Below are positions 50,538-60,005 of a DNA stretch of 64,000 nucleotides, in pieces. The stretch covers positions 24,165 through 88,164 of the forward strand of contig JBBQUR010000021.1 of NCBI GenBank assembly GCA_038212275.1. Direction: 5' to 3'. Made by a program: the position numbers and the translations under genes. The notes under the pieces were generated by a model. It saw only the letters and a program-made list of their open reading frames with translations. It had not been told where the DNA came from and searched no databases. Each line of letters begins with the position of its first letter. Position 1 is the first letter of the stretch. This DNA comes from Planctomycetota bacterium (GTDB taxonomy: Bacteria; Planctomycetota; B15-G4).

Positions 50538-51900
50538 AGTTGCGCATCGACTGGATGGGCGCGGGGACCTGGCCGCCGCGGCGGGCGAGGATCGCCGAGG
50601 ACCACTTGTGCACGGGCATGATCGGCGCGGTGCCGAGCAGGCCGCCGTACTCGATCTGGTCGCCGGCCTTCGCGCCCGGCACCGGGATGATGCGCACGGC
50701 GGTGGTCTTGGTGTTCACCATGCCGATGGCCAGCTCGTCGCCGATGAGGCAGGCCAGCGTCTCGGCCGACGTGTCGCCGGGCACGGCCACCATGTCCATG
50801 CCCACGGAGCAGACCGAGGTCATGGCCTCCAGCTTGTCGAGCGAGAGCGCGCCGACGTTCACGGCCTCCACCATGCCGGCATCCTCGCTCACCGGGATGA
50901 AGGCCCCCGACAGGCCGCCGACGTGCATCGCGGCCATCGCGCCGCCCTTCTTCACGGCATCGGTGAGCAGCGCGAGCGCCAGCGTCGTGCCGTGCGTCCC
51001 GGTGCGCTCCAGGCCGATGAGCTCCAGCACGTCCGCAACCGAGTCGCCCAGCGCCGGCGTCGGTGCGAGCGAAAGGTCCACGATGCCGAAGGGCACGCCG
51101 AGGCGCGCGGCCACCTCTCGCCCCACCAGCTCGCCCATGCGCGTGATCTTGAAGGCGGTGCGCTTGATGACGTCCGCCAGCGTGCCGAGGTCCGCAGTCG
51201 GGCCCAGCATCGAGATGGCGTGGCGCACGACGCCGGGCCCCGAGACACCGCAGTGCAGCACGAGGTCGCGCTCGCCGGTGCCGAGGTTCGCGCCGGCGAC
51301 GAAGGGGTTGTCCTCGACCATGTTGCAGAAGACCACCAGCTTGGCGCAGCCGATGCCGCCCGCGTCCGCGGTGAGCGCGGCGGTCTCCTTGATGATGCGC
51401 GCCATGAACAGCGTCGCGTCCATGTTGATGCCGGCGCGCGTGCTGGCCAGGTTGACGCTGGCGCAGACGTGCTTCGTCGCGGCCAGCGCCTTCGGGATCG
51501 AGCGCATGAGGCGCATGTCGCTGCGTGTCGCGCCCTTCTGCACCAGCGCCGTGAAACCGCCGATGAAGTCGACGCCGCAGTCGTCCGCCGCGCGGTCCAT
51601 CGCCACCGCGATCGGCGTGTAATCCTCCTCCGGGCACGCCGCCGCGACGAGCGCGATGGGCGTCACCGCGAGCCGCTTGTTGACGATCGGAATGCCGAAC
51701 TCGTCCTCCACGGACTTCGCCGTGGCGACGAGATTGCCGGCCACCGACACCAGCTTCTCGTGAATGCGTTTCGCGACGTCGTGCACGGAGCCGCCGGCGC
51801 AATCCAGCAGGTTCACGCCGAGCGTGGTCGTGCGGATGTCCAGGTTCTCCACCTGGAGCATGCGCAGCGTCTCGAGGATTTCGGTGTGGGCGAGGCTCAT
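50536..51900 (-). CDS. DUF711 / UPF0210 ('PFL family') protein of unknown function
   Basis: [88 protein letters not shown]-terminal PAPIQSMRN. Confidence 0.93.
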   Translation of the reverse strand: MSLAHTEILETLRMLQVENLDIRTTTLGVNLLDCAGGSVHDVAKRIHEKLVSVAGNLVATAKSVEDEFGIPIVNKRLAVTPIALVAAACPEEDYTPIAVAMDRAADDCGVDFIGGFTALVQKGATRSDMRLMRSIPKALAATKHVCASVNLASTRAGINMDATLFMARIIKETAALTADAGGIGCAKLVVFCNMVEDNPFVAGANLGTGERDLVLHCGVSGPGVVRHAISMLGPTADLGTLADVIKRTAFKITRMGELVGREVAARLGVPFGIVDLSLAPTPALGDSVADVLELIGLERTGTHGTTLALALLTDAVKKGGAMAAMHVGGLSGAFIPVSEDAGMVEAVNVGALSLDKLEAMTSVCSVGMDMVAVPGDTSAETLACLIGDELAIGMVNTKTTAVRIIPVPGAKAGDQIEYGGLLGTAPIMPVHKWSSAILARRGGQVPAPIQSMRN

Positions 51901-52045
51901 GGGTTTGGATTGCCCGTCAAGAGTTCCGCGGAGCGGCGTCTCGCGGGATGACGCCCCGCGAGAGTCGGCGATGCTCGCCCGCGCTCAACGCCACCGCAAG
52001 GGGGCGCCTCACGAGGACATCACGCGCCGGGCCTGAGCCAGACCC

Positions 52046-52264
52046 TCAACGACGCTTCTCGAGTCGCCGCGTCACCTGACTTCATGGCTTTGCCCCACCG
52101 GGGTTCTTGCGGTGTGCCGCGAGGCCACGATCGAGCTCGCGCTTCTGCGCGGCCGTCACAGGGACCGATTCGGGCGACTTCGCGATGCTGTCCCAGAGTT
52201 CCTCGACGAGGCGCAGCCGCTCGTTGACAGGAAGCGTGAACAGCGGCTTCAGCCGGGGGTGCAT
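52046..52264 (-). pseudogene. Addiction-module antitoxin component (TIGR02574-like) with in-frame TGA at a Trp position
   Basis: LPVNERLRLVEELWDSI-QKRELDR-NP-KP*SQVTRRLEKRR*; the family usually ends PW-x-V-x-RL. Confidence 0.72.
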
Positions 52265-52434
52265 GCGCGCATCATCCTCCGACGCGCACGGAGGCGCAAG
52301 TTGCGGGTTGCGTCATGCTTGCCGCTCGGTCGGTGCCGCCGTGCTCAACGGCGGCGTGCACCATCGCACCGCGACTCATGGTTCCGCGACACGACGCCGT
52401 GCTCGATGGTGCCGCGCCTGATCGTGCCGCCGCG

Positions 52435-55400
52435 CTACGGCGCCGTGAGCGAGAGGGTCCAGGAGTTCAGGGTGCCGGTGTCCTGCGCGGCGACGTCGAC
52501 GACTTTCAGCTTCCAGGCGCCGGCGATGGACTTGCCGGTGAAGGCTGACAGCGAGGCGGCCGGGACCGTGAGGTCTGGGTACTCAGTGTTGATGTTGTCG
52601 GTGCCCGCGCCGGTCTGGTTGTGCAGCAGCACCGTCGTGCCGTCGGGCGCGATGAGCATCACCTGCAGGTCACCCTGGTAGGTGTGCGTGATGCCCACCT
52701 TGACCTTCACGCCCGCCACCGTGCCGGTCTGCGCGAAGGTCAGCGTCGAGGTGACGCCCGTCGCGTTGTTGTCGGGAATCGCGACGTTCGGGCTGGCCGA
52801 TTGCTCACCGTTGAAAGTGATGGTCCACGAGTTCAGCGTGCCGACGTCCGCCGACGCGAGGTCCTGGACCTTGAGGCTCCAGTTGCCCGACGTCGACTTG
52901 CCGTTGAACGCGGTCAGCGCCTGCGCCGCCGCTGTCGCCACCGAGAACGTGGTGATCACGTTGTCGGCCGAGCCGCCGGTGCGGTTGTGCAGGATCGCCG
53001 ACGTGCCGTCAGGCCCGGTGAGCGTCAGCACGAGGTCGCCCTTGTAGGTGTGCGTGACGTTCACGCCGACCGACACCGAGCTGACCGACTGCGCCGACGA
53101 CACGGCCTGCGTGCTGGTCACGCCCGTCGTGTTGTTGTCGGGGATCGCGACCGCCGGCGAGACCGAGTAGGTCTGCACCGAGGCGCCGCCGCCCGCCGGA
53201 TTGATCGTCAGCGAGACGACCGCGGTGTGCGACAGCGCGCCCGACGTCCCGGTGACCGTGATCGCCTTGACACCCGTGCTCGCGCCGGCCGTCGTGCTGC
53301 ACGTCAGCACCGACGAGCCGTTGGCGGCCATCGGATTGGGCGCGAAGCTGTAACTCACACCCGAGATCGCCGGCGACGCCGACAGCGAAATGCTGCCCGC
53401 GAAGCCGTTGAGCGCCGTGTCGGACAGCGTGAAGTTCGCGCTGCCGCCGGCCGTCACCGTCGCCGAGCCGGGGCTGGCCGCCAGCGTGAAGTCGGGACTG
53501 GCCGCCGCGTTGATCGTCAGCGAGACGACGGCGGTGTGCGACAGCGCGCCCGACGTGCCCGTGATCGTGATCGTCTTGAGGCCCGTGCTCGCGCCCGCGG
53601 TCGTCGTGCAGGTCAGCACCGACGAGCCGTTGGCCGCGAGCGGATTCGGCGCGAAGCCGAAGCTCACGCCGGAGATCGCAGGCGAGGCCGAGAGCGTGAT
53701 GCCGCTCGCGAAGCCGTTCAGCGCCGTGTCCGACACGGTGAAGTTCGCGCTGCCGCCGGCCGTCACCGTCGCGGAGGACGGGCTGGCCGAGAACGTGAAG
53801 TCCGGCGCCGGCGCCGACGTGCTCGCGTTGCAGATGACCAGCGCGAAGTCCTGGTCCGTGGTGTCCGCGTTGCCTGGCACGCCGTCGCCCGCGATGTTCG
53901 TCGCGCGCACCGTCACCGAGTAGCTGCCCGACGTGCCCGCCGGCAGCGTGACGGCCTCGGTGTTGTTGCGCGTGTCGGCCGAGCCGCCCGTGATGGAATT
54001 CGCGCCGGAGAACACGTTGCCGCGGTACAGCGTGCCGTTCACCGTGACCTCGAGGTCGAGGTTGTTCACGTAGGCGTTGCCCGTCGTCGGGCCGGGCGCA
54101 TCGGTCCACGCGAGCACCACGCGGAAGGGCTGGGCCGAGGTGGCGATGCTGCCGCTGCTCACGTAGGTCGCGCCCGTCGCAGCGAGCACCTGGCTCTGGT
54201 CGACGTAGACGCGCGGCGTGCTGTCGAAGGCGCGCCCGAGGTTCACGAGGCCGAAGCCCTGATTGTTCGAGAACAGCGTGTCGTTGGCGTACACGCCGGT
54301 CATGTACGTGGTCGAGTCGATGAGCCACGCCTTGAGCAGTGCGGGGCTCGGCGTGCCCAGACCGTTGTTCGCGAACCACTGCCGCAGCAGCGCGCACGCG
54401 CCGGAGATGGCCGGCGTCGCGTGACTGGTGCCCGAGGACCACGCGTAGAGCGTCTGCCCCGTCGGCCAGTACTTGTTGCACACGCCCGTGCCGTCGTATC
54501 CGGTGGCGCGGCTCGCGGCGCCCTGGATGTGCGTGCCGGGCGCGCAGATCTCGGGCTTCTTGCGCGCGTCGGAGGTCGGCCCGCGCGACGAGAAGTTGAT
54601 GATGTCCAGCGCGCTGCTCGCGCCCGAGTTGGCGACGCCGCAACCGTCCGAGCCGGTCTGGCGCCAGTTCTCGCCGGCGCCCACCGTGATGATGTTCTTG
54701 GCCGTGCCCGGCGGGTGCACCGTCGACGCGCCGGGGCCGCTGTTGCCCGCCGCGAACACGATGGCGAGTTCCTGGTTGCCGCCGGTCGCGCTCACGGCGT
54801 CGCGCACGAGCTTGTCGTGCAACTGGCTGTCCGTGTTGTACGTGGTGCCCGACGTGAAGCCCCACGAGTTGGACGAGATGCGCGCGCCGGCGTTGTAGGC
54901 ATTGGCCAGGCGCACGTTCGCCGGCTGGTTGAACACGCCCGCGCCGGAGTTCGCGAAGACCTTGCTGTTGCCGACCTTCACCCAGGGCGCGACGCCGAGG
55001 CCGTAGTTGTAGAGCAGGCTGTCCTCGAAGGCCGTGCCCGTGCCCGCGTTGTAGCCGCCGATGATCGAGGCGTTGATGTTGCCGTGTCCGGCCTTGCTGT
55101 CGCCGAGCGCGTCGCCCGTGTAGTTGTTCGAGTACACGTAACGGCTCGCGCCGCCCGACAACCCGTCGACCTTGAACTCCACGTTCACGTCGCTCGTGCT
55201 GCCCTTGTCCACGCCATCATCGGTGACGTCCACGCTGAACGGGAACGGATTGACGCCTGGGAAACCCTTGCTCGCCAGCCAGGCGAGGTAGCCGGGGCCG
55301 CTGGGCTGCGTGCCCGCCGCGATGACGTTGCCGGCCATGATCTGGCCCTGGCGCTCATCGAGCATCTGCGGCACGAGCTTCGGCTCGATCGCGAAGACGC

Positions 55401-56271
55401 GGCTGTCGCGGCTCAGCTCCAGCACGCCGCGGCCGTCGAGCGACAGGCCGATGTTGATGTAGTCGAGCACCGGATTGGGCGCGTCGAGCAGACGCGTCGC
55501 GTCACGCGCCAACTCGGCGGCGAAGGCGACGCCGTCGGCGTCCGCGATGAGCTGCACGATGACCCGGTACGTCGTCGCGCCGGCCAGGAACGGCGGGCGC
55601 AACTCGGGGCGCAGCTTGAACGCCGGGGCGTAGGTCGACGTGGCGAGCAGCCAAGGCTTGTCCGCCAGCGCGGCGAGCGCGGCATCGGCCGCTTCATCGA
55701 CGCGCACGACGTAGGCGTTGTTCGGCACGTAGCTCACGACGAGCGCGCCGGTCTGGCGCAGCGAGGCGAGCCACTCGTCCTTCACCGGGCCTGCGAACTG
55801 CACGAGGCGCAGGCGATGCGTGTCGCCGGGGAGCGGCTGCTCGCCGCGCAGCTCCGCGGGAATCGTCGCGAGGACGTCCGCGGTGGCGTCGGCGTCCGCG
55901 CCATTCAGCAGGAAGCCGTTGAGGTTCACGAGCGTGCCGTCGTCGGCGAGATTCACGCCCATGAAGCGGAGGCCGTCGAGGTCGCCGACGCTCGGGCCAT
56001 CGACGACGACGAGCACGAACGAGTCGTAGTCTTCAGTCGAGACGATCGCATCGAGGCCGACGAGCAGCGCGAGCGCCGGATCGTCCTTGCGCAGCAGCAC
56101 GCGGTGCAGCGGCCCGGACGCGACGAACCCTTCCGGAATCGCGAGCGCGCCCGCGTCCTCTTCCGGCGCCGGTGGGCCGGCCTCCGCTTTCACTTGCGCG
56201 CCGACATGCACGGCAAGAACGAGGAAGGCAACGAACGAAAGGGCGAACGCGGAGAGACGCAACGCACGCAT
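52435..56271 (-). CDS. Secreted S8 subtilase with Ig-like repeats and two proprotein-convertase P domains
   Basis: Signal peptide; triad VTDDGVD / GHGN / SGTSHATP, AAGNSG; two about 101-aa PDFT-ASP-SATVTAGG repeats; two IPDNN-HTY-GDL-GTLNSW P domains. Confidence 0.92.
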   Translation of the reverse strand: MRALRLSAFALSFVAFLVLAVHVGAQVKAEAGPPAPEEDAGALAIPEGFVASGPLHRVLLRKDDPALALLVGLDAIVSTEDYDSFVLVVVDGPSVGDLDGLRFMGVNLADDGTLVNLNGFLLNGADADATADVLATIPAELRGEQPLPGDTHRLRLVQFAGPVKDEWLASLRQTGALVVSYVPNNAYVVRVDEAADAALAALADKPWLLATSTYAPAFKLRPELRPPFLAGATTYRVIVQLIADADGVAFAAELARDATRLLDAPNPVLDYINIGLSLDGRGVLELSRDSRVFAIEPKLVPQMLDERQGQIMAGNVIAAGTQPSGPGYLAWLASKGFPGVNPFPFSVDVTDDGVDKGSTSDVNVEFKVDGLSGGASRYVYSNNYTGDALGDSKAGHGNINASIIGGYNAGTGTAFEDSLLYNYGLGVAPWVKVGNSKVFANSGAGVFNQPANVRLANAYNAGARISSNSWGFTSGTTYNTDSQLHDKLVRDAVSATGGNQELAIVFAAGNSGPGASTVHPPGTAKNIITVGAGENWRQTGSDGCGVANSGASSALDIINFSSRGPTSDARKKPEICAPGTHIQGAASRATGYDGTGVCNKYWPTGQTLYAWSSGTSHATPAISGACALLRQWFANNGLGTPSPALLKAWLIDSTTYMTGVYANDTLFSNNQGFGLVNLGRAFDSTPRVYVDQSQVLAATGATYVSSGSIATSAQPFRVVLAWTDAPGPTTGNAYVNNLDLEVTVNGTLYRGNVFSGANSITGGSADTRNNTEAVTLPAGTSGSYSVTVRATNIAGDGVPGNADTTDQDFALVICNASTSAPAPDFTFSASPSSATVTAGGSANFTVSDTALNGFASGITLSASPAISGVSFGFAPNPLAANGSSVLTCTTTAGASTGLKTITITGTSGALSHTAVVSLTINAAASPDFTLAASPGSATVTAGGSANFTLSDTALNGFAGSISLSASPAISGVSYSFAPNPMAANGSSVLTCSTTAGASTGVKAITVTGTSGALSHTAVVSLTINPAGGGASVQTYSVSPAVAIPDNNTTGVTSTQAVSSAQSVSSVSVGVNVTHTYKGDLVLTLTGPDGTSAILHNRTGGSADNVITTFSVATAAAQALTAFNGKSTSGNWSLKVQDLASADVGTLNSWTITFNGEQSASPNVAIPDNNATGVTSTLTFAQTGTVAGVKVKVGITHTYQGDLQVMLIAPDGTTVLLHNQTGAGTDNINTEYPDLTVPAASLSAFTGKSIAGAWKLKVVDVAAQDTGTLNSWTLSLTAP
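53200..53805 (-). repeat. Two about 303-bp internal repeats in the S8 protease
   Basis: PDFTFSASPSSATVTAGGSANFT...HTAVVSLTIN occurs twice. Confidence 0.85.
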
Positions 56272-56513
56272 GCCACACTCCCGAAGTGAGGGCAACTCCC
56301 GAAGTGAGAGCCCGTGGCCGGGAGCCTATGCCACCTCTTTCCGATCGGGTACTGGAATCAGCAACCAAATCGAAAGGATCCGCAGCCCCGCATGAACAGC
56401 GCACGGCCCCGAGCAACTCGCATGCATGCGACCGGTTGGCGGGCGCCGCGCCCATCAAGCAAGCTGCGTGCCTCGCGATGACGCCGGATATGAGTCGGGG
56501 CGACTCGAACCCG

Positions 56514-56975
56514 TTACGTGCGCGCCCGGTGGGCGGCCATCCAGCGGGTCCAGCCGACGAGCGTGAGCCCGAGGGCGAGCAGGACCGCGCCGTAGGCATA
56601 CCAGCGCAGCTCGACAAGGGCCGTCAGGTCATGCTTGCGATCAGCCTGTCGCATGATCTCCCGGTATTTCAATCGCTCGGCCTCCGCGACACGGGCCCGC
56701 ACGTCGGCAAGCTGCTCCTGGTCTTGCACCACGGAGTGCTCCAGTGCCTCCTGCTCGACACGCATCGATATCGACGCCTTCATCGACTCCTGCATCCTGA
56801 GCAGACTCGCCGTCCAGGCCTTGGCTGCGTCGTTCACGACGCGCTCGTAGCCGAACACGACGGTGGCCAGCAGCACGGCGCCCGCGAGGACCAGGCACAC
56901 ATGGAAGGCATCCATCCTCGGCCGCGGCGGCGGAGTCGACGTCGGAGTTGACGTCGGCGCGAGGGAGGCGTTCAC
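56514..56975 (-). CDS. Hypothetical membrane protein (2 TM flanking a coiled coil)
   Basis: Hydrophobic segments CLVLAGAVLLATVVFGY and YAYGAVLLALGLTLVGW; no family recognised. Confidence 0.55.
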   Translation of the reverse strand: MNASLAPTSTPTSTPPPRPRMDAFHVCLVLAGAVLLATVVFGYERVVNDAAKAWTASLLRMQESMKASISMRVEQEALEHSVVQDQEQLADVRARVAEAERLKYREIMRQADRKHDLTALVELRWYAYGAVLLALGLTLVGWTRWMAAHRART

Positions 56976-57015
56976 CGGCAGCCATCCCTCCCGGTGGCCG
57001 GCCGACGGAGTCGTC

Positions 57016-57552
57016 TCATCCCAGCCGGTGCATCGCGGTGAAGACGCGCTCGTCGATGACCGTGACGACGTAGTCGTTCGGTTCGGAGAGCGCCTTCAGC
57101 GCGTCGCGATAAGCGGCGAAGCTCTGGCCGCTGCGCGAAATGTCCACCACGAGGATGGCGTTGAAGTAGCCGCCGGTGATGCGCTGGCTGACGTCCTGGA
57201 TGTCGCCGCCAAGTTCGCCCACGGCGCCGGTCAGTTCGGCCATGACGCCGGCGCGGTTCACGCCGATCGCCGTGACGATGATCGTGCCCGGCGTGCTCGA
57301 GGCCGTGAATGGCGCTTCGCGCTGGCCGGCGATCACCGCGTCGGTGGCGGCCTGCGCGGCGCCCGCCGTACCGCGCCCCGCGCTGCCGCCCGCACCACCG
57401 GCCCCGCCGCCCGTCGCCTCGACGAACTCGATGCCGCGCCGCCGCGCCAGTTCGCGCGCCGAGGCGGTGATGGTCGTGTTGTCGTCGATGACGAGCCGGC
57501 CGCCCTCGGCCATCGCCGCCACGTCCTCGGCCATGATGATCGTGCGCGGCAT
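57016..57552 (-). CDS. UPF0237-type ACT-domain protein fused to an N-terminal BMC-associated module
   Basis: C-terminus IIVTAIGVNRAGVMA-IQDVSQRITGGYF-VFTAMHRL; N-terminus IIMAEDV-TTITASARELARRRGIEFV. Confidence 0.82.
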   Translation of the reverse strand: MPRTIIMAEDVAAMAEGGRLVIDDNTTITASARELARRRGIEFVEATGGGAGGAGGSAGRGTAGAAQAATDAVIAGQREAPFTASSTPGTIIVTAIGVNRAGVMAELTGAVGELGGDIQDVSQRITGGYFNAILVVDISRSGQSFAAYRDALKALSEPNDYVVTVIDERVFTAMHRLG

Positions 57553-57557
57553 GCGGC

Positions 57558-58091
57558 TCAGCTCCGGAGTGCGGGGGACGAGTTCGCGCGCGGCATGAGC
57601 CCTGGCCCCGCCGCGGGCAGCGTCGAGACGGCGCGCCCGCGCTCGATGCGCACGAGATACAGCCCGTCGGGCAACGACTCGAGGGACGAGGCGGCGCCAG
57701 CACCCGCTCCCGCACCAGCAGCAGTCGCCGCGCAGCTCGCACCGGCGAGCGCCGGCGAGCTCGCGCCACACGTCGCGCAGCCTCCGGAACAACCGGCGGA
57801 GCCGCAGCGCGCGCAGGCCGCTGAGGACGCGCGGCCTGCGGTCGCGGCGCACGCGGGTTGCTCCACGAAGGCGGGCACGCCGCCGCGCGCGGCGGCGGCC
57901 GGCAACGCGTTGCGAGCGGCGCCGGACGACATCGGTGCGCCTGCGGCCTCGCCGTCCTCCACGATCGCGATGCCGAGGCGCATGGCGCGGTCGCGCGCGG
58001 AGGGCGTGATGAGCGTCGCGCCGTCGAGCACGATGCGCGCGCCGCAGCGGCCTTCGAGCACATCGCGGTCCGTGATGAGGCGCTTGCTCAC
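57558..58091 (-). CDS. Hypothetical BMC-associated Cys-rich protein
   Basis: GTG start overlaps the BMC-T stop; N-terminus RLITDRDV-TLITPSARDRAMRLGIAIV; CARCGSAGCSGGCATC cluster; C-terminus LPDGLYLVRIERG. Confidence 0.72.
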   Translation of the reverse strand: MSKRLITDRDVLEGRCGARIVLDGATLITPSARDRAMRLGIAIVEDGEAAGAPMSSGAARNALPAAAARGGVPAFVEQPACAATAGRASSAACARCGSAGCSGGCATCGASSPALAGASCAATAAGAGAGAGAASSLESLPDGLYLVRIERGRAVSTLPAAGPGLMPRANSSPALRS

Positions 58092-58732
58092 TGGCCCAGG
58101 ACCGCGGCCAGGTCGTCGTGCGGACGGGCGATGACGACGCGGCGCACGAGCATGCCGGCGCGCTCCGCGTCGGCGGCGCCCGCGGCCACGGCGGCCTCCA
58201 CGTCGGAGACCTCGCCGGTGAAGGTCACGTAGCTCTTGCCGCCGATGCCCACCGCGAGCTGCAGGCCAAGCAGGCGCAGCGACGCGGTCTTGGCCGCGAC
58301 GTCCGCCGCGCGGATCGTGCTCGCCACGGAGAAGGTCTCGATGACGCCGACGGCGTCGAGGCGCACGGGCGGCGTGCGCACCGCGCCGCGCGCGCCGGGC
58401 TCTGTCGCGCCGGCGTCCGACGTGCCGCCGGGGCCGGTCGCGTGCCTCACGAGCGCAAGCAGCGTCGGCTCGAGGTTGGGGATGAGCAGGCTGTCGATGA
58501 GGCTGTCCGCGCCGGTCTCCGCGCCGCGGCGCAGCGCGGAGGTCGTGTCCTCGACCGTGCCGGTGAAGAGGATCACGAACTTGCCCGGCGACACGGTGCG
58601 CGCGAGCAGCAGCTCGACGGCCGCTTCCTTGCGCAGCGCGTCGACGGTCTCGAAGCCCGCCGCGATGGAGGCCAGCTCGAGCAGCGCGACGCAGGGACCC
58701 GTGCCGCCGACGACTCCGTGACCCGTGCTCAT
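58088..58732 (-). CDS. BMC shell tandem-domain protein (BMC-T, PduT-like)
   Basis: [22 protein letters not shown] and [48 protein letters not shown]. Confidence 0.9.
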   Translation of the reverse strand: [214 protein letters not shown]

Positions 58733-59058
58733 GGAGCGCCTCCGCCCACCGGGATGCGCTCGCCGTGTTCACCCAGTTCGAAAACGCCGCCGTCGGCCAG
58801 CGAGATGCTGTCCACGATGGCGACGACCGCCACCTGCCAGCCGAGGTCCTGGCTGCCGAGCACCGTGCGCGCCGCGCGACCGAAGGCCACGAGCACCGTC
58901 TCGCCGATGCCGGCGCCGAGCGTGTCGCCCGCGACGACGATGTCCTGCGACTCCGTGTCGGCCGTGGTGAACGGCCGCACCATGAGAAAGCGCATGCCTT
59001 CCAGGCTTGCGTCCTTGCGCGTGGCCCACACGTTGCCGACGACGCGTCCGACCAGCAT
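58729..59058 (-). CDS. BMC vertex pentamer (BMC-P, EutN/CcmL family)
   Basis: MLVGRVVGNVWATRK-L-G, D-LGAGIGETVLV-G-AAR, VVAIVD. Confidence 0.93.
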   Translation of the reverse strand: MLVGRVVGNVWATRKDASLEGMRFLMVRPFTTADTESQDIVVAGDTLGAGIGETVLVAFGRAARTVLGSQDLGWQVAVVAIVDSISLADGGVFELGEHGERIPVGGGAP

Positions 59059-59059
59059 G

Positions 59060-59350
59060 TCAGCCGAGCTCCGGGCCGGTGTGGCTGTCCACCACGGCGA
59101 CGACGGCGGCCTCGACGGCGATGTCGTGTCCCTGCCCGATGGCGGTGCGGCCCGCGCGGCCGTAGGCGACGATGACGTCGTCACCGACGCCCGCGTCCAC
59201 CGTGTCGGCGGCGACGACGAGGCCCTGCTTCTTGCCGCCGGGAAGACGCGCGGCGACTTCGTGCGGATCCACGAGCAGCAGCTTGAAGCCCGTGAGGGTC
59301 TCGTGCCGCCGCGTGGCCCAGATCTCGCCGATGACGCGTCCCGTGAACAT
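59060..59350 (-). CDS. BMC vertex pentamer (BMC-P, EutN/CcmL family)
   Basis: MFTGRVIGEIWATRRH-L-GFKLLLV, AADTVDAGVGDDVIV, AAVVAVVD. Confidence 0.93.
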   Translation of the reverse strand: MFTGRVIGEIWATRRHETLTGFKLLLVDPHEVAARLPGGKKQGLVVAADTVDAGVGDDVIVAYGRAGRTAIGQGHDIAVEAAVVAVVDSHTGPELG

Positions 59351-59375
59351 GTGTGTCTCGCTGGCGCGGCGCCGC

Positions 59376-60005
59376 TCAGCCGCGTCCTTCGTTGGGCTTG
59401 CCGTCCACGTCGGCCAGCGCGCTCTCGATCGCGGCCACCGCCTCGCGGATGTGGCTCTCCGTGCCGCCGAGCTGCAGTCGCCCGAAGGCGCCGTAGGGCT
59501 GCAGGTGGATGAGCTTGATGGGCGAGGCCTTCTCGGCCTCGTTGGCGGCGATGGTCACGTAGGCCGCCGGATGCACCTCGAGGATGTAGAGCGTCTCGCC
59601 GCCCAGCAGCATCATGCCCTGGCGATTCCGGTTGATGAGCATGGTCTGGTAGTCGTCCACGCCCGTGATGATCTCGCTGGTGAGCATCTTGGGCTTGAGC
59701 CGGTCCAACTCCTTGGCGCCGAGATATTCCAGGATGGCGCGCCCTGCCTCGAGCACCTCGGCCTGGCTCTCGTCGTGCACCTCGAGCAGGCCGAAGGCGC
59801 GCTCGACCACCTGCACCGCGGGCTTCACCGACGTCGCCTTCAGCGCGATGTCCGTGACGCGGTTGATGGCGATGCCGGGCGAGATCTCCACGTAGAGCGC
59901 GGCCTGGCCGCGCACCGGCAGGTAGCCGCGCGCCGTGCTCGCCACGAAGCTGGCGAACTGCGGCTGCATGCTGTCGAGAAATGTGTAGGCGCGAAGCTGG
60001 ACCAT
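59376..60005 (-). CDS. BMC shell double-stacking trimer (BMC-T dp; CcmP/CsoS1D-like)
   Basis: [57 protein letters not shown]. Confidence 0.92.
   Translation of the reverse strand: MVQLRAYTFLDSMQPQFASFVASTARGYLPVRGQAALYVEISPGIAINRVTDIALKATSVKPAVQVVERAFGLLEVHDESQAEVLEAGRAILEYLGAKELDRLKPKMLTSEIITGVDDYQTMLINRNRQGMMLLGGETLYILEVHPAAYVTIAANEAEKASPIKLIHLQPYGAFGRLQLGGTESHIREAVAAIESALADVDGKPNEGRG

Noticed and set aside
50536..51900. Calling the BMC a glycyl-radical (GRM) type because DUF711 is labelled 'PFL family'
   Set aside because: No C-terminal RVxG glycyl-radical motif, the protein is much shorter than GREs, and there is no radical-SAM activase in the window.
52082..52084. TGA recoded as Trp or Sec (alternative genetic code)
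   Set aside because: TGA is the normal stop for most genes here, including many ATGA/GTGA overlaps, and Trp is encoded by TGG elsewhere; a nonsense mutation is simpler.
46300..56289. Very long plus-strand ORFs (46300-50343, 52621-56289; likewise 14078-16888, 37699-39813)
   Set aside because: Antisense shadows of well-supported minus-strand genes, expected at this GC content; no recognisable motifs.
56492..56513. tRNA T-arm-like GGTTCGAGTC (minus strand) as a tRNA or att-site remnant
   Set aside because: No cloverleaf, acceptor stem or CCA, and no integrase or second copy seen; better explained as a small hairpin after a stop codon.
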